DNA of 63,296 bases, counting the filler, from Atractiella rhizophila (Eukaryota), in the NCBI GenBank assembly GCA_021432655.1. It is 5 parts of 5 records of this genome, joined end to end, with 100 filler letters (N's around TTAATTAATTAA, not from the genome) between each part and the next. Parts side by side here need not be neighbours in the genome. Positions count along the whole stretch, not along the records: positions 44,000 to 58,746 come from MU271799.1; positions 58,847 to 61,161 come from MU271855.1; positions 61,262 to 63,296 come from MU271858.1; 2 more parts are not named here. One strand, given 5' to 3'. A model generated the notes under the pieces. It ran no database searches. It was given only the letters and a program-made list of their open reading frames with translations, and was not told where the DNA came from. Position numbers and translations under genes: made by a program. Every line of letters begins with the position of its first letter. Position 1 is the stretch's first letter. Of this stretch, positions 48,779 through 61,299 are shown piece by piece.

Positions 48779-49502
48779 TCACAGCTGCATTGGTACTGAC
48801 ATTTCACAGTTCCACAATCCATCGATATTGATCAGTCCGATCCAAGTCTCGACTAGCTTGACGCCTCCTGTATTTAGGTTAATATAGCCGGCGGAATCCA
48901 TATTGATTGGAGGAAAGAAGGGATGACGGGCAACGGTCGCCCTTGTAGCTTCCCAAACCGTTTCAGTGGTAGCGGGGACAAAGGGAGAAGAATATCGTAG
49001 GTGCGCATCTCTGTGGAAACGGAGACGCTGGACTCGTAGGTAGAAACGACGAAAGTTCTGCATCTGTCTTGCAAGGAGGCATCTTTCATAGAAAGTGATT
49101 TCGCAGAATCGTGAGAAGAGATTATATGCCGCTGGATAATAGCGTTGAAAGTTTCTTCAAGCTTTGCGGCTGAGGGAGCGTACTCTCCACTAGGGATCGT
49201 GGGATTTTGTAGAAATACTTTCTGCGTGATCTCTTCGTGTGCCGCAATGCGTTGGCGAACGGTCATTCCCAGCCTCCCAAGCATCAGCGCGATCCATCCA
49301 CACAACGAAGTTCACAAACTAGATCAAATATATCGCAAGGACGAAGGTCCTCATCTTCTGGAACGTTAAGGATATGTACGGCTTGAATCATGATCTGTTC
49401 CAACATGTACGGAGCGTCGATGCGAAGGATCCGCAATCCCTTGGGATTCACTTTGATGCTCTCGAGGACCTTAAAGATCTTGACAGGACGATCGGTAGAC
49501 AT
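48779..49502 (-). pseudogene. Patatin-like phospholipase pseudogene
   Basis: GLRILRID (GGGxRG deleted), RPCDIFDLV, frameshift across the GxSxG site, GWIALMLGRLGMTV, CRTFVV, RTYD, VWEATRAT; three reading frames. Confidence 0.8.
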
Positions 49503-50227
49503 GTCGGTGAAAGCAAAGATTAGATTGCGAGAAGGCCGTTGACGTATAGGGTTGGTTTATTGTCGCAGTTCTGACATAGAGGAAGGAAAGATAAGAGGTT
49601 ATTGTCCTAGAACCAGTTTCATAAGACTCGCTTCCGTCGGTACCCCTAGACGCATCATAAATAAAGCAAGATAGATATCTGGTATGGTTTCATAGATTGT
49701 CGACACCAAAATGTCGAAGGCTCAGAATCAACAATATATGGAAATGGGGATTGCGAACCTCCACCTGCTTTGCTACTCAGGTGCGAATCTAGTGTCCAAC
49801 ATCGTGCAGCACATAAACTCAAGAATGCAAAATCGGGGTTACTCCATCCCTACTCTTCAGTGGAAATCGCAACAGCAGTTAGATATTCACATTGCTCCTA
49901 CTTGTGCTCCATTCCAAGCACAAACCAACGAAGGAAAATACCGACTCCTCAGAGATCACAGAGCCAACTTTCTGCCCAATCCTTCCTCACAATATTAATT
50001 GGCCACTCGTTCAATATCAATATCCGAGATAATGATATTTTGTTGATAAAACTCCCTACCTCTCTCGCTATGGACTGAGACAGGTCCCTTGACAAGTCGT
50101 GGTCGTATAACTGCTGGGCAGCCTCCTGCTGCTTGACTGGGTGACTATCATCACGTAGTCTCAGGATTACATGTTATCACTACAGAGAACTCTTCATTAT
50201 TGCAGCATCTGGGACGCGTCTTGAAAG

Positions 50228-51980
<1,753 letters not shown>

Positions 51981-52175
51981 CTTGGGCTCTCGACTCAAAA
52001 GTACATGTAATGTAATCTTTGTTCGTTTCGTCCTGCTGCTTCAATGTCCTGTCCCAGCTTAGCGAATGGAGATGGTCATGACACCACCTTATGAGAATGG
52101 CGACGGAACTTAGAATTAGAATGCAAAAGCATGCCACGAACTAGACACAAAAAATACAGAATGCTACTGCTACGT

Positions 52176-54620
52176 CTAAGTCCGACCAGCTGCTGTCAAG
52201 GAATATTCCTTCTGAAGGCATATTTCAGGGTTTTGGGATAGGATAATGAGGGGGATGATGGTTGGCGCAACGTTCCTCCATTCCAACGCGACATCCTTAA
52301 GCTTCTCCACCGCCTGTAGGAATGACATCTCCATCTTGAAAGTTTCCTCACTTTCCCCCTCTCTTTGCCTAATAATACATAAGTTCCTAAACAGGACTTT
52401 TCCGGCGATACCCATCACATATGAGAAAACGGTCGCTGAATGCCTCCGCTCTGCCACGGTCTTGCAGAAGAGGGGAAGAAGACAAAGCACCGTCTGCGCT
52501 GCTCCGTGAGATATATTGAACGAAGGAGAAAGCTTCTCCGGAGTCGGATCTGGGATTCGATGATGCATTAAGATGATAGCTGCAGAAAGAGCACATTGAG
52601 CATTATGCAGGAAGTCCCGATCCTTGAGCTCGTCTTGAGAAAGATCAAAAGTAGCTTTATATGAGAGCGTGGCGAGGTAAGAAACCGGAAAGGAGCGCTG
52701 AAAATTTTTGCACATCTGGGCAATGGAGATGAATTCGTCGCTTTAAGAACGCTCAGTAACAGATGCGAGAAACCAAGAGTACCTACCTGGCCTCGATGCG
52801 CTCGACATCAATCTCCTTCGAACTGCGTTCGAGATGCCGCCAGTATTCAGCTACCTTAGTCAGAAGCAGTGAACACTTGAACAGGATGCAATTAGCCTCC
52901 AAATCTTGCAAAGGACTCTCCTCAGTGTAGAAAGAGGGGCTGTGAAGCCATAAGCGGGCGGTCGTCTTTTCTGGATGGGACGACGGAAGGGGGATCTGGA
53001 TATCTTCTGCGGAAATGCACGGAGAATCCCTTCGAAGTATAGCTGCAACAGATTCGTAAGATACCATAAAGTAAAAGGTCATTGATCTGTGCCATGTAAG
53101 TGATGATAACATTTGTGGTAGTGAAAAATCTACCTTTCATAACGCTCCCTTGGACTGCATGCTGCTAAGACTTCCTCCCGATTCCATCCCAGCATCACAC
53201 AAAGACGGAGAGATTTCACCCGCCAGATTTGGCCAGTATTGTAGCCACAGTTGCAGTCGAGACAGCAAAGAACACTCGCTTTAGCCAATCGCTCCAATCC
53301 ACGTCCGTCGTCCTCATTTTGTATCTCCTCCAAGTTCTGACCCGTGTGCGTCTTGATGAACTGAGAATGATGTTCGAGTATTGAGCGCTTGAGCTCCCAA
53401 TCCTTTGGTAAGCCATCGGGATTGATATGCTGCAATTAATCCTCAGTAGAATATGGGATTATCGAGAGGATCATACCTTTTTATACATCTCTACGGAGCA
53501 GCAATTTCCCGCAAGGCACTTCTCTAGGACGGGCTCTGACACCGTGTTTGTCCAGTATGGGAGATGAGAAGAAAGCAGGAGTTGAAGATCGTCCCAGCGC
53601 ATACTGAAAACTGCAAGTTGACAAAGGCCGTGAAGTATTAGGGCTTCAGAGAGTCTCAGAATGTTAGAAGGAGCTAAATATCCAAGAATATCTTCTTTCG
53701 AAAGGATATGGTTTAAAATAAAATTCGTCTGGAAAGCTTCAGTCACAAGGGCTGCAACAATATCAGGTGAAGGTAGCTGGTACACTTCCAATGGAGTCGG
53801 TTCGTAGGCAAAGCTCGCCGACGCCAGAAACTTGAATATTTCATCTTCTAATTGAGGGAACACAATTGGCAGGTGTGGTGATGCAATTGATTCGGGCTGA
53901 GAAATTTGCTCGAGATAGGAGGAAGGGGAGACAGACGAGCCGCTGTTGGCCAATCCGGGAGGAATGTAGGGACAGCTTCCAACGTTGAAGTCCTCAATGT
54001 CGGGCGTCCAGGTAGGGCCTTGAGAAGTTCTTTGTAGAGTCAGGTTATGTAATACTGCTTGCAGTTTCTCTGTATAGCCCGATGAGCGACTAATTTCTAA
54101 GGAGGCATTAGACACACCTATCTTCTCCTCCAAGCTTGCAACTGTCTCGCTATCCTCATCTTGATCCATCGAAAGAGGCAATTTTCTTTTTACTGACCCC
54201 GTTTTGTTCATGTATTTTGGGGTGATAAACCTTCCTTCATGATATTGGCAAGAGACAGTACCATCTTCTTCCACAAACTTGAAATTACTAATAACATACT
54301 AGTGTCAATTTCACACCCAATCACATAGTTTCATAGAATGAGCATACCTGTTTCCTGCTCCTTTAGATTGGCTGAACTTGATGCAGGGCCCACCTACACC
54401 TTGAATCAGATTTATAAAGACATCTCAGTCAGACTCACAGGGGTCCTTCCCATCACATTTGATCTTGCGTATGCGGCAGACTGTATAAACGTCAGAAAAA
54501 GTCAGTCCCCCTAATTATGATTATGTATCGTGAACCCAACAGGCTGCAGCCAACGAACTTTTGAGCCTTGAGGCAAGAGCAAAGGTTCTAGCGGCGAAAT
54601 CTGAACTACATACTCGCCCA
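52176..54620 (-). CDS. Fungal Zn(II)2Cys6-type transcription factor with an atypical cluster; start uncertain
   Basis: Short exons give CRIRKIKCDGKDPCGPC...SCQY; long exon 53471-54274 and further exons 53130-53435, 52783-53112 and 52176-52715 resemble a fungal TF middle region. Confidence 0.65.
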
Positions 54621-55702
54621 CTGCAGTAAAGACACGAGATTACGTCCTAGCTGCATTGTCCGTGCCACGCCGGCCGCGAGCCCATGTCCCACGACTGCGT
54701 CCTTGTTTGCAACATCGGAGCTAGAGACCGGGAATGGTCATTTTGTCGAAGAAACATGCTCAAGCAGCATCTTGGAACACAAGTAAGAATGTTTTGATTC
54801 CTACACCAGCATGTGGGTTTGGACAGTTGAACGTATGAATGGTGCTAAATGTAATGTTCTTGGTCTATCAATGCAAGCACCTCGACCAAACACTCCATAC
54901 CCAGCTACGGCTATAGCTGAAATGACGGACTCACTTTTGCATGCCTTATATCTGGGAGCCTTTACGCCGCTCCTACTGGAGGTCGAGGAAGTCATCGGAA
55001 TGAACTGACGCTCGAGTTTTGTCACGAGGAGTAACCTGCGGAGGTTGGGGAGTTTCTGAGCGGACTCGGACACGGTAGACCGCACACGTCAAGGCGAGCG
55101 CACACTCGATACGCGACCTGAGCCAAACAACTATGAGTGCTTGCACTGTATACGTCACAATAACCTGCTCTGTGCTCTGTTATGGTTTCGTTGCCCAAAA
55201 AAGGCCCAGGAGACCGGCGATGCTCCATTTCAATCCCCCTGGCACCTGACAAGCAAGAAAATACGCACAATTATATGATAGCCCCAGTTATCTATTGCTT
55301 TCAATTCACTTATACGCCTGACCAACCTGACCTGTTTCCTCGTTGGTGTATATTGCTAGCTGCACCTTCCTGCCCTGCTGCTGGTGGGTGCTGGTCGTTT
55401 GATCTGATAACTCGATAAACTTTATTTTGTCTCCCCACCCGTGCGTACTCCTGGTCATTCCTTGGGGCGTTCGTCCAAAAATGTCTACCATCCTAACGAC
55501 GGCCATACGAGGAGAGATACGAGACACGTAACGTGACTTTGATTGAGGCGAGACGTAGACGTCCACGAAAACGTAAAGCCTGGATCAACCTTTCCTGCCG
55601 CCAGCCTTCAGTCTTACAGCATATAAAAGCGTCCACGAGCACTCACGAACCACCACATCGCTAGCAGTTTCCACCATAAAACCACACCAAACGACGCCAA
55701 AT

Positions 55703-57115
55703 ATGGCTTCTCCAGTTTCTTCAAGCCCTCCCGTCGAGATTGAAAGAATACCTATCCACAAACCTTCGTTCGAAATCAATTTTATGACTCCTGATGTCCT
55801 TAGTGATGAGCCCGCATCGCGATCCTCAACCGTACCGATCCCAATTCCTATGCCGCGTACGTCTAACTCTTCGCCTGGCCCTTCACCCTCAGGCTCGCCC
55901 AATGACGCTGGGTCTCCGCCAAAACGACTTTTCAAACGATCGTACAACTCGGATGACGTTCAAGCCTTGTCCAGAGGACGGTCGGAGTCATTGACAGGGC
56001 TTCCACGACCTCGAATCCCTGGCATCAATAGCGGAAGTGCAGGCCAAAGCCCTGAACGTCGGAGTCCCAAGAATGGAGGAAGTCGAGCGAGCTCTCCTGG
56101 AGTGGGCCCAGGAATCGTCATTGCTTCTTGTTTGCCGTTCTCTTTGTAGGATCTCTATTCAGTATTGACGCGGCGATTCAGCGACTCCTCTTGTTGGCGA
56201 CACGAAGATTGCCACGACCAGGATGGTGATAACCAAACAACATATTTCTTATCCACAGGCTAATCCTCTCATTCCATTCCCTGCTGCGGTGCTTGGATTC
56301 AATGTCGTCTTCCATTCCGCCGCTTCTTCTTCCTCGCGCGTTCACAATGCCGACATGAAAATCCGATTCCTCCCTCATGAAGGAATGGGTCAGGAATTTG
56401 CTCCCGTCGTAAAGGCTCTTTACCCGTCTAGCAGTACCTTTGGACAAACAGACGTCCAGTTCGAAAGGAACAACACTCTGGGAATCACTTTTGGGTACTC
56501 TCCTTACGGCGCTTTGACCATTGGAACGGTGCGTGACCTCATCTTGTCGCTTCACCCCTTCTTATCGTGTGATGCACAGGCGAACAATAAGAAAGTCACG
56601 ACTACGACGTCAGCGAATTTCATTGCGTCTGGCTTGGAAACGAATTGCGTATTCCTCACTCTTTCGGAAGGTAGGTTATCTGCCTGTCAGTCCTGCGACG
56701 GTGGCTAAAATTGCCGATAGATCCAGCATTGAAGCAAGGGGTTCCGCACAAGTTCGACTTTGCGGTTCTCCTTTTCCTTCCTGACGGCGGTCAAGACAAA
56801 AGTTTCATGGCAGAGTTGGAGGTAGATGCCACCATTGGGGGAATTCGCGGCCTCTTCGCAGGTGGCGAAAAGGTAAGTGTTTCTTAAACATCTCGCTCGA
56901 TGATAATGGAATATCTCTAGAAATATCGCCTCGAATTTGACGGGGTTACGGAGTTGGGACGTCTCAAGATTGGGGGTACTAGTTTCTTTCTCCAGTCGTT
57001 GTCTTCCATGTGCTAACCACAGCGGCTTTCAGGTGTTGTCCAAGTCCAGCGCTCTCCTCAGTTGAGCAACCATCATCCTCTCCCCATAGAGGACGATAAA
57101 AGCGTCCTGGCGTGA
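55703..57115 (+). CDS. Uncharacterised protein: S/P-rich N-terminus plus beta-rich domain similar to the 15609-16612 product
   Basis: TATAAAAG at ~55622; ATG 55703; exons joined by short introns; TGA 57113-57115. Confidence 0.65.
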
Positions 57116-57409
57116 CAGTAGAAGAAGTATGATTGATGATTCAAAGATTGCGGTCAAATTCATAACTTGGTGCATTGCATTTCATCCTGCATTTCAATGA
57201 CAGTACATCTTTTATACAGCCAAATAATAGTGCGTGCGAATGTAGTATATTGGGAACTTAATTTCTGCAACCTTTCCCAAGCATGTGATCTCCCCCAACG
57301 AAATGCGTGTCCGAAGGTTTGCAGGTGCCACGCACCAACGATTCGCGACGACGAAAAAAGAGGCATAGAAATTGGGATTGGGACGTTCGAGAGCGTGTTG
57401 ATAGACGAA

Positions 57410-58352
57410 ATGATGCAGTCAGAACCTCCAGAAGATTCAGGGTTCCAGAACTTGACAGACGCCACCAGGAAGTATCAGAGAGTACGCATTTCCCTTTTTG
57501 TGGAGCGGTGCTGGGTTCTGAGTTCCTCCTTGTAGATTGGGCAGGCATATCTCGGTTCGTCGTTCTTTAGACCTCTGGAATATTCGGTCTGAGCGTTTGA
57601 GTATAGACCGGATAACGCCTTACACCCTCTACCGTTGGACTGGCACATGGGTCCTCCTACTTCTCTTTATGACCCGAGTTCTGCTCGCACAAGGATGGTA
57701 TATCGTGTGCTACGCCCTTGGGATTGTGCGTCCCTGCATTTGACTAACCGCTCCTAGCTAACGGCCCTGAAAAGTACCTCCTCAACCTCTTCCTTGCGTT
57801 TCTCCAACCAAAATTTGATCCATCACTCGAAATGGACATTGCCGAATCCGAACTTGAAGATGGAGCACCGACCCTCCCAACATCTTCTTCACAGATTGAC
57901 AAAGATGACGAGTTCAGACCGTTCATGAGGAGATTACCTGAGTTCAAGTTTTGGTTTTCGGCCACACGAGCAGTCCTCATTTCCATCGTTGCCTCCTTCT
58001 TTGAGAGTACGTCCCTCTCCTTGCTTATTGTGTTGGACTAATCCATTCTCCTCAGTGTTTAATCTACCTGTATTTTGGCCTATTCTACTAGGTGCGTCAA
58101 TTTGACGAAGAGTGTCGTCGGCACTGATGGCCTTGGACAGTTTATTTCTGTGTTTTGTTTGCAATTACGATGAGAAGGCAGATTGCGCATATGAGGAAGT
58201 ATAGGTAAACCTCCATCACACTCCAAAACTGAGCTGATCAAGGAAAAAAATAGGTATCTCCCTTGGGATATTGGGCGGAAAGCACGGTTTGTCTCGAGCC
58301 CTGTCATGACATCTTTGACTGATTTCTTTTCTATAGATATGGGAGCCGATAG
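57410..58352 (+). CDS. RER1: Golgi-to-ER retrieval receptor Rer1
   Basis: DRITPYTLYRW, QGWYIVCYALGI/YLLNLFLAFLQPKFDPSL, EFRPFMRRLPEFKFW, PVFWPILL, TMRRQIAHMRKYRYLPWDIGRKARY. Confidence 0.95.
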
Positions 58353-58657
58353 AATATTGGTTTTATACGAAGTTTTTCGATGATAGTCTGCATTATGACC
58401 TTTCTAATGAAAGCCCAATGTCCGTCGAGTGACTGGCTTCAAGCCAAGTGTTCATCTGCTGAGGAGGCGCGTAACCACAGGCAGCCTGCCTGCTGCTAAA
58501 TCTGACTGTAGCCTTAAACTGTCAATCCTGAATGTGCCTTGAAAGCCCCAATGAACCGGGAACACGTATCACTGTGGATGTAGAACATCATCAAACAACT
58601 GAACCACCAGGCCTGAGAGCCTTATCTCCTTCCTACTCTTCCCAAATTACGAACGAC

Positions 58658-58746
58658 ATGAGACTTCTGCGACCTTTGTTCCTCTGCGCAATTTCCCTCC
58701 CACTAATAGGCAAGTATTGTTCTCTTTCGCCCTTGGTGTTTGTTAA
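58658..58746 (+). CDS. Possible first exon of a secreted protein, cut by gap
   Basis: MRLLRPLFLCAISLPLI, signal-peptide-like, followed by a GCAAGT donor-like site. Confidence 0.3.
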
Positions 58747-58846
58747 NNNNNNNNNNNNNNNNNNNNNNNNNNNNNNNNNNNNNNNNNNNNTTAATTAATT
58801 AANNNNNNNNNNNNNNNNNNNNNNNNNNNNNNNNNNNNNNNNNNNN
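58747..58846. other. Artificial contig linker
   Basis: N44-TTAATTAATTAA-N44. Confidence 0.97.
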
Positions 58847-59786
58847 GTCTGCCACTTCTCCACCTTCTCGATATGTTCTTTCCTCTGCTGCCTAGCTCTC
58901 ACGTCCCTGCTGGCATCAAAGACATGTCCTGGAGCGGTCTGTGAGCTCCTGAATCCACCGCTCCTCCTCGAATGAGCAACTCCGCTGTAGGGATCCTCCG
59001 GCCGTGGAGAGCCTGCTTCGCTCGTGTCTAGTGTGGGATGGGTATTGTGCTCGATGGAGGGGATGGCGGAGAGATCGAATTCGTCTTCTTGAATCTCAGA
59101 GATCGACTCGAGCTTCTTTTCGCCATATACCTGCAAATTTGATAGCGGAGCATGCAACAATCAATCCATTGATACTTGTTAGAGGAAGAGAAAGGGGCAC
59201 CTCATCTATATCGAACCCATCTTCTTCTTGAGCTCCAGAGCCTGTTGGGATGGGAGAACCGTCAAGATCGATGTCCGCTACCTCGGGATTGGGAGAAGGC
59301 GGCAGCGCAGCGGGACCATTTGAAGTGGTTATATCGGAGAGGGGAGCAAGTTCACGGGACGGGACCGAGCGGTAGATGTGCGTCCTTCCACCATTAGGAG
59401 GGTCTAGTTCCTCGCTCGTGAACTGTCTGTATCCCGACTCTTCCTTCTCATCTCGAAACGCTTTGTCGGTTGCAAAACGAGAAAACAACAATCAACAATC
59501 AACGACCGCCGTATTTCTTTGCGCAGAAGGAAGGGAAGTGCGCACGCATTAGGGCTACCAAGTTGCTCATGAACTTCAACCGCTGCGCATCCTCAGGAGG
59601 GATGCCCTGCGAGGCGGCGCGCTGAAAGGAGCCGCGCGTCTCGACGTCTGGCGTGGTGTTGGGAGCTTGGGACGCGTTGGCAGTGGCAGTCGTGGGCAGG
59701 GGAGGGTTCACGTAGGTGAATGGCGCGTCCAGCTTGCCGAAGCGCAGAGCTGGCGCTGTTGAGGACCGCTGAAATGTTCGAGGCAT
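58847..59786 (-). CDS. N-terminal part of a hypothetical protein, cut by gap
   Basis: Three collinear ORFs (59499-59786, 59096-59491, 58847-59160) separated by intron-like segments; acidic and disordered. Confidence 0.45.
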
Positions 59787-60481
59787 CGTTGTTCTTCGTA
59801 GCGTTTCTCATGCACGCGATGAGGCAAGTTGATGACGCCGATAACGTGACTTGTGTCTCAGAAATGCGGCTTCGCAAGACTCCCCAGCAACCACCAGCGT
59901 CGAGAATCTCGGCAGCCTCCTTTTCCGTCGAAAGGGCTTTGAGAAGGCACCAGGGAACGGGTCAGCGTTGAGACTCACCGTCCGAGCCGGCCAAGAACAC
60001 GGAAATCTCATACCTATGCAGCGTTTCTCTCACAGCCTGTCCCACAATCTTAACGCCTTTTTCTCTAAATCGAGCAGCATCATAATTGAACAGTATCCCA
60101 CTCGTTATTCGCTGAACCAACAGCTATCGAGAAATCAAACTCAGGCGGAGGTTCAGCGGTTCGACGCGTTGGGACCTTCAAAGGACAGACAAAGACCGGC
60201 GCTCCCTTTCTTCTGACACGCACTTGTCCTCCACCTATCTCTCCTTAAAACGCAGGAACGTCGACAGCAGTTAACGGAAGAACCTTGAACGAGGTTCGAT
60301 TGGTTTAAATACGGTATGTCCATCTGCTTCTTCCCTTCGGAATGCGACGCTTACTGCACGAACATCCACCGACGCGCTCAGGCTGTCAGTCTATTCCTAA
60401 TCAATATCACATACGGTTACGGTGCGGCTCCAGATTTGTGCAGACGCGCAAATTCAAGTTCGAGAAAGAGGAGAACGCAAG

Positions 60482-61161
60482 ATGTCGCGGACGTGGAAAG
60501 AGATCTTCCAACTCCTCAAATCTCTACGAACGGATAACTTGGATTCCTCTTCTTCCGACACCCCTTTGGCGCGAGATAGGAAAGGAGAGAAGTTCATCCG
60601 CGTCGTCGATCAAGCCGTCGCATTGCAAGAACGGACAAGACAGGCGTTGGAGATGCAGAAGAAAGCAACCATCGCACACCTTTCCTTCGACCCGCCCTCT
60701 CATTTTGATCACGATGAATACGACACCTCCAATGTTCACCTCAATCTAGTGGCTAGGTTCTATGGTGAGAGTGCGAGGAGGTTCAATCGCCTTACCGTTC
60801 AAGTTGCTTATTTACCGGGAACAAGGGAGGACACCACAAGGAAAAAGAGCATTGGGGATTCTGCAAGTTCCTTTCTGCGAGTTCGTCCTAACTTTCTCAC
60901 CCCGCTCCAACCATTCACCGTAGTATGAAGCTGAGACGATGATGCGTAGCTGATAGATCTCCCGAGGTTGGGACGCCTTACTCATTTCGTATCCACAGCC
61001 TCGAATTCCTCGACCGGCGCATTTGGAACCACATCGGAAGGATTCCCCCTCCTTGCGCTCACACCTTCCTCCTCCACCCAATCCGTCGTCTCCGAACACG
61101 AAGAGTGCAACCTCTCCCTCATCTTCCACGCTCTCGATTTCGTCGAAATCGTACAGACTCC
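60482..61161 (+). CDS. N-terminal part of a hypothetical protein, cut by gap
   Basis: MSRTWKEIFQLLKSLRTD..., a probable intron near 60865-60955, then an open frame running into the gap. Confidence 0.4.
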
Positions 61162-61261
61162 NNNNNNNNNNNNNNNNNNNNNNNNNNNNNNNNNNNNNNN
61201 NNNNNTTAATTAATTAANNNNNNNNNNNNNNNNNNNNNNNNNNNNNNNNNNNNNNNNNNNN
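61162..61261. other. Artificial contig linker
   Basis: N44-TTAATTAATTAA-N44. Confidence 0.97.
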
Positions 61262-61299
61262 AAACGAAACTATTGCGACGAAACTAACAGTGAACAAAA

